Part shown: positions 1 through 14,138 of the stretch, piece after piece
Numbering within the stretch: the first letter of the stretch is position 1
How the letters are laid out: each line of letters begins with the position of its first letter
Assembly (NCBI GenBank): GCA_951406725.2
Contig: OX597843.1
Location: forward strand, 20,398,001-20,462,000
Direction: 5' to 3'
Length of the DNA stretch: 64,000 nucleotides
Source of the DNA: Octopus vulgaris
Lineage: Eukaryota
Program-made: the position numbers and the translations under genes
Notes under the pieces: model-generated
The model's input: only the letters and a program-made list of their open reading frames with translations
Database searches by the model: none
What the model was told of the DNA's origin: nothing

Positions 1-445
1 GAGATAAAGAGAGAAAAAGAAAGATGAAAAGACATGGAATCCCTAGAAAAATTTCGTAAATAAAATAATATCAAAAAACTTAAGCAACTTACATATTCTG
101 TAAACCTGGAAGATTTCGAAAGGATCCTTGTTGGATGGTTGTGATCTGATTCCTCCAAAGAATTCTGAAACATAAAACACAGTTCAAAAGAAAAGTATTA
201 AAAAGATTTCTGATAAAATATTAAATCTTTATCTTTAGAATCATATTAAGAAAAAGAGGACGGTGAAGGAGAAAATGGCCGAGATGATGTTGATGATGAT
301 GATGAGGGGGAGGAGGATGGAGATGTTGATGGTAAATGTTGTAATAAGGACGGTGAGGAGGATTCGGGGGATAATGATGATGATGATTATCGAGAACGAC
401 GAGAAAGGCTTCGATGAATTGGTGATGACGACGTTGATTATTGCG
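1..445 (+). repeat. Helitron-associated 5' non-coding segment, homologous to 31229-31675
   Basis: Collinear similarity to 31229-31675, e.g. aaataaaataatatcaaaaaactt and gaggacggtgaaggagaaaatggcc. Confidence 0.7.
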
Positions 446-451
446 ATGATT

Positions 452-3400
452 ACTTTATTACCCACCAGGGGGCGACATAGAACAAACAACACAATGACGA
501 ATGATTTACAACAATAAATGCGTTTTGGGGTCAATTAAAATACATGGTGAATTTCGAGTTCGAATGATGGGACAATTACAAGAACAATTTTTTTTTTTAC
601 AAAATGAAGTGGGGCGGGTCTACGGACCCCTCGATCCCCGCCAAGGCACTTAACCTTCTGTTTTTTTTTCTTTTTTTCAACATATCTCGTATTTGCGAGG
701 GACCTTTTACTCACCACATTTTTCCACCTTTCGTCAAACACTTTCTTGCTCAGGCTCCTCCTCTCTAGTTCTATATGTCTTTTCAGGTGGAATTTAAAAT
801 ATTCCACCAGACCTGAACCAGAGATGAAGTCGCCTGTTATTAACCCTTTCATCCTTGTCTTCCATACTGCCTGTTTCGCAGTTGCAACCACAGCGAGAAA
901 ACAAAACGTACCTTCTTTCGTTAAGAAATCTGGTGGGCTGATTTTTACAATAGATTCGGCTGATAGCTGTACTCTCCGTTCACCTGACATCAGTTGTTCG
1001 GCACAAACCCACATCTCTGCCACCTCCGAACACTGCACGATCGCGTGCGAGACGGTTTCCCGTTCTCGCCCACATCTCGCACAGGTCGGGCTGACTTGGC
1101 AACCGTGCCTTGCAAGCTTGTCCCGAACAGTGCTCCTCGGTAACACTGCCATGCCAAAGACTTCTGGAAATTATCCAGGGTCTTCGGCCCGAATGTACGT
1201 TGGAACAGACTGGCCAGCTGATTATCGTCGAAACCTAGGGTTTCCCCTAGCGTATCATCGTTACCGGCCTCTACAAACCCTCTATAAAACACAGCGGTAG
1301 AACCACTGCCGCAGGCATTGCCCGAGCGACGGAATAGTCGGAGTGCCTTGCGACACTCCGTATACCACGTACCCAACTTCGATCTGCGATTATATCAGCC
1401 CTCCCGGCCAGCGAAACTGGTGAACCTGGGGAACATCTGTTTCGACAGCGGAGACCACACCCGTTCACTACCCAGATGGAGCCACAGGTGCCTTAGCCTC
1501 AGCGCATTTCTGCGCATCATTAGCCACGGCATCCCTAGTCCACCCTGTAACGGTTTTTGACAACAGACAGAGCGTCTCACAAGCGGTTTCGAGCCCTTCC
1601 ACAAGAAGCGAAAGAGCTGTCTCTCCAACTTGCTCAACCACGAATCCGGGCAAGGCACGACGGCAAGGCGGTAGGTGATCACCGATGCGATAAACACATT
1701 GGCTACCTCCGCCCTACCTTTCAAGGATAGCCACCGCCAAGACCAAGTCTTGGCTATTGCAGCCACCTTGCTCGATACCTCGCTCCAGTTCTTCTCTATT
1801 TGGAGGTCTGGACCGAACCAAACCCCGAGCAACTTAATCGGGCCCTCCGTCCAACGTCCCACGACACTGTCTTGAGGCATCGACTTGCCTCTCCAGGTGC
1901 CGAGTTGCAAGCCGACCGACTTTTCACGATTAACTTTTGCTCCTGTCACCGTCTCGTACACCTCTATGGCCTTGCCTACTTTACGTAGGTGGTCCACTTC
2001 AGTCACGATGGTAGTGATGTCATCTGCGTACGCCGAAACCAACATATCACATCCTGGTTGCCTCGGGATGCCGCTCAGTTTTCGCAGCAGCGGCTCAAGA
2101 GCTATTACATACAAAAGCGGGAGAGCGGACATCCCTGGCGGACCGAGCGCTTGACTTTGAACGGCTTAGAAAGAAAGCCGTTCACCTGAACTACCGAGTC
2201 GACGTTGTCATACATTTCGATGATCCACCTGAGGAAGCCAAGACCCAGGCCGAACTGAGCCAGAACAGGCACCAGGTAGTGATGGTCGACCCTATCGAAA
2301 GCTTTTGACTGGTCTAAATGGACCACTGCCCCTCCCTTGCCGGGATCATTATTTATTCCCTCTAACGTGTATCTAATAAGATGGAGATTATCCTGAATGG
2401 CTCTGCCTGGTACGGCGCACGTTTGCGCTTTCCCAATCAGTCCATTCGCGACACGCGCCAATCTGTTCGATAACACTTTGGCCAAAATCTTCAGCTCTGC
2501 GTTCAGCAGAGTGATGGGCCTGAAATTATCTATTACGTCCCCCTTGCTCTGGTCCTTCCTGATTAGCGTCACCACTCCCCGGCGCACAGATCTGGGAATG
2601 AACCCATTCTCCTGCCAGTTTGCGTAGACGCCCGTCAGTAAGTCCCCGAACAAGTCCGGCATACTTTTATAAAGCTCGTAGGGTAGACCATCCAGTCCCG
2701 GCGCCTTACCCGCACCGCAGTCCGCCATGGCCTCCATTACCTCCCCAAGTGTGATCGGCTCCTCACTACACTTCGCGTCCTGCAACGAGAGGCGCGGCAG
2801 CCCGTCGAGGAGGTCCGTAAGGTCCCTCCTCCTATCCGGTCCGCCGCTCCCCCCAAAATGCTGGGCGAAGTGGTCCTGAAAAGCTTGACACATCTCGGGC
2901 TCGTCTGTCAACTTACCCTGTTGGTTCGCCAGAGATCGAATTGTAGCATCATTGCCACGTTGGGCTTCCACCACTCGGGCCCATCCTGCAGCCTTGATTC
3001 CTTCGCTCCCCATTGTGCGTTGTCTAGCCCTGACAATGCAACCCATGTGCTTGGCTTCGAAGTGCTTGACCTTCACCTGGTCTGCATTGCCAGTTCGCAT
3101 TGCTTCCTCTAAGTCCTTAACTAGTGAATTTGCTTTCCTAGCCTCTCTAGCTACGAGATTTGTACTATATCTAATGGACTCGTATTTTATGGCTCGCTTG
3201 AGGGCATACCACCATTTGTTGTTAACAATGGAACCGGTCAAAGCCCTCTGGATCATTAACCTAATCTTGTCCCTGTACTCCTTAATCGCCAAAAGGGACG
3301 TATTAAATTTCCAGTAACCAGGCCCTTTATTTATCTTATCTACGTCTAGCCTACAGGTGACCATGTTGTGGTCACTGTGGCTGACCATGTGGAGTTGCGG

Positions 3401-4375
3401 ACTCTTAACTAGGTTCTTATCTACCTTCCTAATTAATATCCTGTCTATGTATGACCTTAACGATCCGTCGCTTCTTGACCACGTCCACAGTGGAGCGTCC
3501 GGACGTTCCAGTCTATATGGGTCTACCAGCTCAAAACGTCTTAGTAGACTCAGGAAGCAAGCATTTCCTTTTCTATTTCTGTCTGTTTGCGAGCCTTCAC
3601 AGTCTACCCGCACATCGCAGATTGTGTTGAAGTCACCTAACATTACTACAGGGTACGATGTACTCAGAAACTTTTCCAGATTCCGAAAATAATCACTTTT
3701 CCCGTTTCCGGCGGGTGCGTAAACCGCGACCAGCCTGATTGTCTTACGACTGCTGAACGTCAACTCAACGACGACCAGCCTACCTTCCGGATCTGCAAAA
3801 ATCAACTTTTTTTCAGAAACCCGGTTCTTTTTAACCAGGACCAACACCCCGCTTCCGCCGCTCGACGGGTTCGGAGAGATAATACTCTCGTAACCGTTGA
3901 ACAGCGGGAGCAGATCTCTTGGCCCCTTTAACCGGGTTTCTGTGGTAACATCAACATCTAAATCCCGTGACCTGATGTCGTTTAGGAGGCACCCTTGCCT
4001 CCAGCTCGTCATCAGGCCACGCACATTTATGCATCCTACACAAATACGAGACATAGCTTACCTTTTGCCGTGTTTCTTATTTTCTTGTTGCACCTGTGGG
4101 GAAGTCTGCCTTAAACAGTGTCTCGTCTAAGTCGTGTCGCGGACCAACTATGTCCCCTGGGTATTGGCTCTTTAGAATGTTTGAGTTCGTTACGTCTATT
4201 TTGAATACCTCTGTATTTTTTGATAATATCCGGTACGTCTCAATTCTTTCTGCGTTCGGTATTTTCATTAAGTCACTCATAAGTCTTTTTTTTTGTTAAT
4301 TGAGATGAAAACATCCTCTATAATTCTTTTTTGGGGGCTTGTTGTGGAGGATGGGGAGGCAAAGGAGGACTGAGG
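452..4375 (-). mobile_element. Tx1/L1-clade non-LTR retrotransposon, 5'-truncated, with near-intact ORF2
   Basis: Consecutive minus-strand ORFs 4054-2105, 2132-1395, 1376-990 and 1152-535 encode an APE endonuclease, an RT and a C-terminal CCHC. AATAAA lies on the minus strand near 453-458. GC content is higher than the flanks. Confidence 0.92.
535..4054 (-). pseudogene. LINE ORF2 (APE endonuclease-RT-zinc finger) broken by about 3 frameshifts
   Basis: APE motifs INVRGL, VYAP, GDFN, YIDRI, SDH. RT motifs KAPGLDG, FRPITLLN, DQSKAFDRV, VRQGCPLS, YADD. C-terminal CARC..ETVSHAIVQC. Confidence 0.92.
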
Positions 4376-4377
4376 GG

Positions 4378-7300
4378 AGTAATTAGTCCGTCGGTAACGC
4401 TTTCTCGTGATTAGAGAAAAAGAGGTAAAGTGAAGTGTCCATGATATGAGGTTGATGGAACGTAACTGTAACGCTTTCACGTGATAGGTGAATGCAAAGA
4501 GAGACCAAGAGAAAGAGAAAGGAGAGAGAAAAAGAGGAAGAGGGCATGTGGTAGGGGGAACGTAATATTTATTACACGATAAAAAAGTTAGTTGAAGGTA
4601 GTGATATTGAGGAGGGCTATGAATATAATTTAGGTAGAGGGGTGATGTTCTGATGGTGAGATAAAAGAAAAAAAAGATATATATGTATATATATATACCA
4701 TTAGATAAAAAGGGGGGCTAAGAGAGATGGTGTTAGTGGTGGTAGTAAGTATTTTAAATCTCCTATCACCTAACGCATGATCAGAAACGCAATTCCATGA
4801 AATATTCACACTTATATACAGTGTCATATGTACGGCGTATATATATATTACAATTAGATATATATTATAATGAAAGTACCAGGAGTGTAAATGTACAATT
4901 GCGAAAGTGTGAACTACACTTCAGAAAAAGGGGTTATATAAGGCATTACAATTTTTCCACAAGCAATGAAATAGCTGCACCGTGAAAACAGAGACATTTT
5001 GTCTATCCATGGAATACACTTGCAGAGCGAATCTCGTAGATATTGTGTCTTCTAGTCCCAATGAGTTAACCACTTCTAATCCCTCATGGAAAGTCCGGAT
5101 GGCACTGTGGGATTCTATATATGGAGAAACGCAGAACATCCGCTCGCAGACGACTCACGATGTAATTTAGGGTTGCTGATTGCAGGAACTTGGGGACCAT
5201 CAGGCCCAGTTGCCCGTAGAGCAGAACAGTGGACTTATGGACTACCTGCAGAGAGGAGCTTTGAAGAAGTGAACACTGTAGGAGATGAAATCTATGCAAG
5301 ATTTAAAGATGCGTACATATGACTTGGTCTTCTCCAAAATTATGTGATGTTGGAACATGCCATACTAAAGGTGCTGCATATCGGATGGCATTTCAGCCGC
5401 GTATCACGTTTGTTGTCCTTTGCACCTATTCAAATCATTCAAATGTCCTTCGCCTGAGGAACACTCACAAGAATACCATGATGGTAGATTATGCTCAGCG
5501 AGGTTTGAATGCATACTCTACACTCTATAAATTCTATGCAAATTGAAAATTGCATTAGCTGCCTTAATATTGGCTTGTCTGAACCAGTTCGAGTGTAACG
5601 GGTAGGGCATAAACATGACATGAACCACCCCGGCATTGCAACCGTTACCGATGAACAGAGAGTGATCGCTGATGCAGTCATCGAAGACAGTTGATAAGAA
5701 AAGGTGAGGTGAGGTGCTGGAATGTTCCCGCTACTATGCAAATGTTCCTGGAGGTTGGGACATGACTTACATATTTAATACGCTGATCTCACATCTACGA
5801 AGGAGAAACTATCAAGTGGTGCGTGCAGAGGCATAGCTTCAACATTGATGTCTGGTGGAAGGGCGGTGCACAGTTTGCTCAAATTGCCCGTTCCTCTGTT
5901 GGAAACTAGATTTTGCAATGTACCACCTACCTCTGAACAGAAATTATTTGAGAAATTTGTATTTGATCATTATAGATCAGGCTTCCATGATCCCTCTTTA
6001 TGCTTTTCATGCTAATGACAAAGCTCTGAAAGAAATCACTGGCAACAATGAAGGTTTCGGTTGAAAAGTTGTGCTCATTGGTAGAGACTTCAGTCAAGTT
6101 CTGCCAATATTGCCAAGAGGAACTCGTGAGACAGTAATTCAGATCTCCATTAAGAACTCTCCTCTCTGGTTACACTTCAGACATTTATATGTTGAGCCAA
6201 AATAGAGCAATAACAGATCGAAGAGAATTTGCAACATGGCCACAACACCTTGATAATGGCACCACAGCTCTTTTGCAAGATCCAAGTGAGTCAGTGATGA
6301 TGTAAACGTGCTACATGATTCATGCTTTAATGGGTCGCTGATAAATGATGCTTTTTGGCAATGCCCCTCAAGAAGAAAGAACAAGTAGAGTGATCCTCTC
6401 ACCAAAAAGTTCAGACTGCTTAAAGATAAACGAAGGGGTTATGGATAAACTCCAAGGTGACCAGGGCTTTTAATACAGCATGGATAAGGTCTTCACAGAT
6501 GACCTGCTGAAGCTGAGCGATATTCACTGGAATTTCCGATTTCATGGACACCATCTGGAATGCAACCTCCTAGATTGCATTTGAAACCTGACTCCATAAT
6601 CATGCTCCTGAGGAATATTTCAATTGAAAATGGTCTCTATAACGGAACAAGACTGGAAGTGGAGGACCTCCATCAAAACTCGATTGAAGCCTCAGTAATA
6701 AGTGGCACATTGATCGGGAGACGTATTCTCATTCACAGAATAAGGCTGGCACTGAGGCACCTAATCCCGTTCGCTTGACATTTGCAATGACTATCAATAA
6801 ATCACGTGGGCAGACATTTGATAAACTGGAGCTATTCTTGCCTGAACCTGCGTATTAATGGTCAGCTATATGTTGTTTCCCAAGGGCTCACAAATATTAT
6901 CTGATATTAAAGTTAAAGTTATCAACACTGACAAACAAGGGAAAAGAAGAGGGAGAGGTTACGCGAACAACACAATCTGTAACGAAGTATTGGATTGAAA
7001 GGTGTACGCAAATTGAAATATGTATACGCTCTGATGCACCGCCTTTCTTATGAACTACCAACGATGTGGCTTTCAGACTATGCCATGTTGCATTAAATTT
7101 TCAACTCTATGTTTTACCTATAAAATCATTTATTAACTATAATATTTTTGTTTTCTTGATGTGAATTTGTGGCCATGTAAATTTTAAAATGTAATTTGTT
7201 TTCTCTCTATGGGGTAAATGGAAAAAAATATTAAATATTTATTTTATGATTGCTGTGTATTAAGTCTATAAAATCGTACATGAAGTATATAAAGTACATA

Positions 7301-7485
7301 TATAAAGTGCATTAAGTAATCATCGTATTTCAGTTTCCTTCAATTTTCATTGAATAGCAGATGAGAAACATTCTTTTCATACACACACAACACAGTCTAC
7401 GCTTTCAGACTTTTTGGATAAACTTTTCAGGAGTCACCGAAAAGTTTTATTATTAATTCCGCGGAATATTCATGGATCCCGCTAC
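4378..7485 (+). mobile_element. Decayed, internally deleted Helitron (Rep remnant + PIF1 helicase)
   Basis: Motifs RHYNFSTSNEIAA, IIDQASMI, DFSQVLPI, GMQPPRLHLK..IMLLRN...GLYNGTRL and AMTINKS.GQTF. A degenerate 3' hairpin ccgcggaatattcatgga..ctac lies near 7459-7485. Confidence 0.88.
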
Positions 7486-7819
7486 TAAAATAATAAATGT
7501 TGAGTATTAAGAATCAGATGAAGTGAGAAAAGAGGACAATGAGAGAGAAGGGTGAGCCGATGATGACAATCAATATTATGATCATGATGATGATGACGAA
7601 GATGATGATGATGATGATGATGACAGCGATAATGTTGATCATAAATACGATGTTGAAGGTTGTTATGATGATGAGGATGAATATGACGAGAAAGCGGATG
7701 AGAATGTTGATATTGATGTTATCACTGAATATTCAAACAATTCAGATGAAAAAGAAGAGGAGGAGAACAATAGGATGAAGATGAAATGAAGAATTCCTGC
7801 AGATTACACAATATTTCAA

Positions 7820-8310
7820 CGAAGGTATTTTCTTTTTCGTTGATCTTTAGCTTCATGTTAACATCCACTGGGCAGCTGATTTCCACAAGTGTACACAGTT
7901 TCTCTCCTCAATCCCAAATCACCATGTCAGGTCTATTGTGTTTACATTTCATTGGGACATTCCGGCAGCACTCCATTTTATTGGTAGCAATTTTAGCTTG
8001 CACCATATTGTGGGATTATATTTCTTTATATTTGGAATTAACCTTCCGACGGATTTCATTATACAGTGTCCTAGCTACATCATGTCACATCGGTAGATAA
8101 AATCAAGATGACATTTTCGGACAACTGCTTGTAATATGGGTGATATCTTCGGTGTTACCCCCACGTAATCTGCATCGGCTGTCACGCTTTACTGTTTTGC
8201 CTGCATCTTTGTCCCTTTTGTGCATCAGGTATTTGGTTGATATTTCCTGTTCCTGGATTGCAAACGGATACCCTTCAAATTAGGAGATAGTAATCCGGTT
8301 GTTGGACCAT
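7820..8310 (-). mobile_element. R4/Dong-like RLE non-LTR retrotransposon 3' fragment
   Basis: Minus-strand translation gives EGYPFAIQEQEI, CRL...EDITHITSSC (CCHC), HDVA and KHNRPDMVIW...VEISCP (PD-D/E nuclease). Confidence 0.75.
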
Positions 8311-8394
8311 GTATATATGTATGTACGGATGAACCTACCTTTTATCTCTTCTCTGTACTAGCCAGTATACGGCGACCATACTGGAGTATCACAT

Positions 8395-8525
8395 TAAAGA
8401 GTATTACTCGAACAAATCGAACTCATTACTTATTTTTATAAAGTTTGCTACTTATTCTGTCAGTCCCTTTTGCTGAAGCGTTAATTTGCAGAGACGCAAA
8501 GAGACCACCACCTTTGAGCTTGTGT
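8395..8525 (-). repeat. SINE 3' remnant
   Basis: Resembles the minus-strand SINE at 17500-17930 (tacttattct..tcttttgc.gaa.cg.taa). Confidence 0.55.
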
Positions 8526-8565
8526 TTATCCCCTACCATCCCTTGACAATATATATGTATATATA

Positions 8566-8806
8566 TCTAATACATCAAATCCGTTCTGTCTGTTTGTGCG
8601 CTTATAACTCGAGTATTTTTTATCCGATTGCACTGTAATTTTAAACATGGACACATGAGAGAGCAGGGCGTTCCGTAATCTAAAAAGATTTTCAAAATTG
8701 CTGGTTTCAAAATGAGAATCGTAATTTTTGTAATCTTTTCGTCCTGTTTTTTCTGCCATTAAAAGCAACGAGCTTGTTCAGAGAGCCAGCACATACCATT
8801 TAGCTA
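8566..8806 (+). mobile_element. Putative short non-autonomous Helitron 5' portion
   Basis: Starts A|TCTAATAC..TCTGTCTGTTTGT inside (TA)n, a Lep1-like 5' end. A CTAG lies at about 8803 without a clear hairpin. Second copy near 52084. Confidence 0.4.
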
Positions 8807-9454
8807 GCAACAAGTGGCGTACATGATGACAGTCAGCCAAAACCATCGCTATGCTGTCTCTCTTCTTTCCTCTCTCTGTCTCTTATATGATGTCCGATTC
8901 CACTTGAAGTTGTATATATATTGTGTTAAGATTCGTTTTCAACCATTTATCCTTATGCAGAAGAAACAGTCAAAAGTAACCACCACATACAATAAACAAA
9001 CATCTCCACTACTTTACACCGTCCAAGTTAACCCTCTTCACTTTTGCAGCTGACATGAAAAATTACGCCAAAAATAGAAAAGATCGATTGCTATTAAAAC
9101 AGGTAACATTTTGGGGTTAATAACCTTAACCTTTAGTTACAGTTTCTCATTCAAACTACATAATGGGTAGTGTTTTTGAGGGAGATTTGGCTGCTATTCC
9201 CCTAGCTACATTGAAGAGGTCTGCTTCATTGGCTCATACATAAATATATACATACATATATACATAAAATCGAAATAAAATATTTAAAGCAACAGATGTC
9301 AAATAAAACCAAGGCCCATGCTGTGTCATGGGCAAAACAATTTCCAACTTCTTGCCTAATGCGAGCCCAGAGCAATCTTTTATCTTTTACACTATTTCAG
9401 TATTACGTCTGTATTGTCATGCGAGATAATACTTCCAGTTTGAAAGAAGCCTGT

Positions 9455-9512
<58 letters not shown>

Positions 9513-12500
9513 ATTCCGTATGCATTCAAAAACCGAAGTACAGATTTTGACGTATGGGGTATAACATGTTACAGATAAATTCCTCTATTTACATAATACT
9601 GAGGTCCCATTCATTCTTTTGTTGGTATACCGCTACTATTAATATATATATGTATATTAAGAGAAGGGATATAATATCAAAGCAGATAGCGAATGGCAAG
9701 TCTGGTCTCTTCAGATGGTAGGTTTTATGCTAAATGTCCTTTAGGTCCCAACCGATGTAACAGTTTAGTTTTTGTTGACGTAGATATACAGTCTAATAAT
9801 GATAATAATGCGATTGACTTTGTATATTCAAAATCTTAATTCTCTCTGTCTCTCTCTCAATCATTCTTTCTTTCTTTCTTTCATTCTTTCTTTCTTTCAT
9901 TCTCTCTTTCGCTTTCTCTCTCACTCTCTTTCTCTCTCTATATATATATATACTTATAACTTGAAGATATACTCGTTAAAATGTTATTTGTTATAAACAT
10001 TTATATATGTATATGTTAGTGTCTGTGTGTGTATGTACATGTATATATATTCAAATAAATGCTCTCTCTCTGATCCACAGATCCTTCATGATCCTACTAA
10101 TGGACAGAAAAGACACGAAACGTAGAAAAAAACCCTGTATGAATAAATTATGTAAATGTTCCGCCCTGTGATTTTTATTTGTTCCTCAAGTTGAAGAAGT
10201 CGAAGGAGACTGTAACAAGGGTCCTGGAGACACTTCCTTTCAGATGAGATTTCAGCTTAGCTCTGTAGATTATTTTTCGAAATCTGCGCCGTGAGAGGTT
10301 CCACAGTTTAATGTGCCCCTTGGTTATCCAAACGATAATCGATGCGAGATGAAGAACTGATTTTAATATAAGTCATTTACGCAATTCGGTAGCTTAATAA
10401 CACCTACGTTTGATAGGTCCGAAGACGTCAGTAGTAATACTGTTTGGAAACATGGTGGTTCTGTCCACTGACATGACACAGGTTCCTCTGTCAAGCATCA
10501 TGTCTATGTTACTGTTGGTGAATGAATGAGGTTCAAACGAAGACTACGCCTGTCATATTGTTTCCTATGGCTTCATCTCTATGCGTAAATTGAATGAAGT
10601 ATGTGTGTTATGCTTTGCCAAAGTGCAATCCGTGTTTGGTCCAGGGCAATGTTTTATCCATATTCACCATACCCAAACCCTAACCCTAACCCTAACCCTA
10701 TATTTAGAGGCTGTTCCCCATTCTATCGCATACAGTAAACTCTCTCAAAACACACATTCATAACTGGGCGTAATTCGCTATGGATTATGATTTCATAACA
10801 TGCACCTTAATTGTTTTAGCTATCGAAGTAGTCGCGAGTTGACATTGACATCCTTTCGTATTGCCCACCCTTGTATATAACTATCACAACCAACTCTCGG
10901 TTGATACTTTATTTAAAGTTCAGTAGACTGATGCAACGTGAAATGAAATGACTTGATTTAAGTAATAACGTCACTCATTTCAGGAATTGATCCCGGGATA
11001 TTATGATCATCAGATGAACTTCCAAAACAAGTATGCCATATAACTTCATACATGCTCCACCACACAATCTTCTTGAGATACTCCGAGCAGAAATTGAAAT
11101 CATGTCCTCATATACAACAACAAGCTATAGAAGAGTACCTCTCTATTAAATAATTTTGATGAATTCAAATGTGGAATCTATTTTTTTAGGATTACGTCTA
11201 GATTTCAAGATACCCAAACCCTCAATTTTCACTATTTTCCTCATATTTCAGGGAAATATATTGGGAAATGTAGTACGAATGTCTATTATGGTTTATCGAT
11301 TATTTTATTAAAGGTCTGGTGTAAAGATCGGGTAATGAAATAATGGCCGCAGCGAGCATTAGTCCCAGGGTATTTTAATGTGAATGAACAGACTTTAGTT
11401 CAGCCGGAGAAAATCATCCAACATCCATGTCTTATCAAGGCAGATTGTAACTAAATACGATGCTGGGATATTGAGGATCAGCACTGAAGAAAACCATTCA
11501 AACACAAATTCATGAAAAAATAGGCATGAACAATAAAGTAAACTGTCTGTAGAAATTTAGAGATATTTGCTAGCTTTTCAGTAGAATTAAAAAGTCCTAG
11601 CTTTGAAGACAATGCAATTTCTATGTATATTAGTACGTTCTTCATAAGCTGGTTTATTCGAAAACAAAACAAAGACATTCTCTGGATCCAGTATCTTACA
11701 ATTCTGATGTGATCGTATTAAATTGATGTCCTTTTCGGATTCTGTGTGTCAAAAGACTCCCAGTTCGTCTCCAGTTCTTTCCTTCGCCTGACGATATTTC
11801 CAAAGTATTGTCTTGAATAAAGTTCAAATTGTTTATACACCAAGAACGGGGATTTATATTTTCATACCATTGAATTCTGACAGATTTCATATTTTCTTTC
11901 GAATAGGAGTAAAGCAGGCTTGAAACCGATTCACAGGATGACCAAGTCTAGAGGGAAGGAGAAAAGATGGTATTCTTCAACTGAAGAATGTTTAAGACAA
12001 TATGGACTTCACTAAAGGCACTTAAAATTACTAGGTGGCGGTTTTGAACAGATATGTGGTTTAAGACTACCATTGAAATAGGCCATTAGAGACAGAGAAA
12101 GGATACAGCATAGCCGTGAAAATGGTGTTGAAACACGGTCATTTGTAATGGGCTGAAGATTAGACAAGTGTCCCTCACAATCTTACTTGTAAACTTAACC
12201 TTCGCTGAGCATTATTAGCAGTGAAGATATTTCTTGGCGAAAGTAGATCCTTTGCATAGCTAGTACAATATCTTAAAGTCCAATCCTTCTTTTTGCAGCC
12301 AAAACTTCAGACCATTTACAATGCTCAAGTGAAGCACACAATGAAGAAATCTTTCTACATCTGGAACGGTGATACACATCCGGGATTGCATCGAAAGAAG
12401 GGTGACGTGGCTAAATTTTACTCTATCCCTAACAGACATACTCTAACAGCTATCTCGCAGGCAGGATATCTCTTCTCTTTGTTTTGACACTATCACTGTC

Positions 12501-12969
12501 ATGCTACAGATTCTTGTAGGAGTTGGCTGAGCTCTTGACCCCACCAAGCAGGTACTACCGACTCACACGTCTATTCCTTTGCTCCTCGATCTTAAACCTC
12601 AGTTCGTTTTCAGTATGAACCACTGTGCTAAACACTTCAACCCCTTCATCATTCCTGTAAATGTTGGCCTGTAGCAGCTTAAACGGAACGTTCATGGTAT
12701 CTATCTCAGATTTCATTCAATTCACGCTTAAATTATGAAAGATGAAAATATCTAACTTATTAAACAGAACATTGATTTTGCTATTCCACATCTTCAGATT
12801 TACGAAGTTTCAGGTATGACATTAAAAAAACATTGCTATTTGCTTTACATTAGGATTTCTCAAATGGTGAAAACGTTCCAAATTTATTGACAAATGGGAC
12901 TGATCGAATGAATCGATCCACTTTAGTATTTGAATATTTGATTAAAACTTGAAGTGATTAATGCTGTGA

Positions 12970-13645
12970 TGCGAAGAGCGAGAGAAAAGATGGAGTAGAG
13001 GGAAAAAGCGGGTAAGGTGAAGAGCGAGAGAAAAACAGGCAGAGAGAGAAGGAGGGAGAGAAAAAGAGGGTAAGAGAAGCGTCTATGACGTGTGGTAGGG
13101 GGAACGTAATAGTTATTACGTGGTTAAAAATGTTAGTTGAAGGTAGTGATATAGAGGAGAGTGAGAAACAGAATTGTAGCAGAGGATCGATGTTCTGATG
13201 GTGAGATTAAAGATAGGCAGAGAAAGAGAGAGAGAGAGAGATGATGATGATGATGAATGTGTTGGTGGTGTTAGTGGTGGTGGTGGTGGTGGAGGTTGCG
13301 TTGGTGAGTGTATGCGAAGAGTGTAATGTTTGTAATTGATATATTTTTTTAATACCACCTATTCCTTAAAGCATGCGCATAAGCGCAATCGTCTGCTCGC
13401 TTGAAAAATGTTATTTGTTTATAAACCAAAGATGAGAGACGAACAACAGAAAGAATGAAACCAAATGGGCAATGGCACCAAGAGAAGCAGAGGGTCTTAT
13501 CCAGAATGACTGAGGGTGTTTTAAAACGACAATTATGTAGAATATACAATTTATAAAGGAGCGCTAATTTTTATGTCTCCACATAAACTTACAACCATCT
13601 AAAATCTTTCGCATTTGCCGCGGAATTGCTACGGGTACTGCTAAT
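12970..13645 (+). mobile_element. Non-autonomous Helitron derivative
   Basis: Shares the tgtggtagggggaacgtaat...gttagttgaaggtagtgatat block with 4546 and 34021. Ends in ccgcggaattgctacggg-tactgctaat, a decayed hairpin plus CTRR. Confidence 0.65.
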
Positions 13646-14031
13646 GTATTAAAGAATTACTCTGTTTATGCTGCTCCATCTCTCCAGACGTGAAATCTTT
13701 TAAAAACACTTAAACATTACATAAGTTTTCAGGTGAATCGAGACATATTTATCAGCAGAAACTTCACCTGAACTTGCATAATTCTTTAGGACTAATAATT
13801 GATATGTGTTTATTGTTTGTGATGGTGTAAATTTCACTTATGACATTCTATTACAAATAAAATTTTCTTAAGTTGCTCATACAACACTTTTTCGCATTCT
13901 TCCTTTACGTATTTTAAGAATTTGACAGTTTGAGCGCATCTCTTTATTATCTGCACTTTAAATCTAATTGCATAAATAATTATTTCTTCTCTCTCTCTCT
14001 GTCTCTCTAAATATATATATATATATATATA

Positions 14032-14096
14032 CTAGCTGAAGGTAACCCGCTCTACGCGCGGGTAAGAGTGTGGTATATATATATATAAATGCATAC

Positions 14097-14138
<42 letters not shown>

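Noticed and set aside
7539-7778. Met-rich ORF (also at 263 and 51055)
   Set aside because: Degenerate (GAT)n repeat, not a gene.
10085-10125. Possible hammerhead remnant (tgatcc...gaaacgta)
   Set aside because: The core and stems are not convincing in either duplicate.
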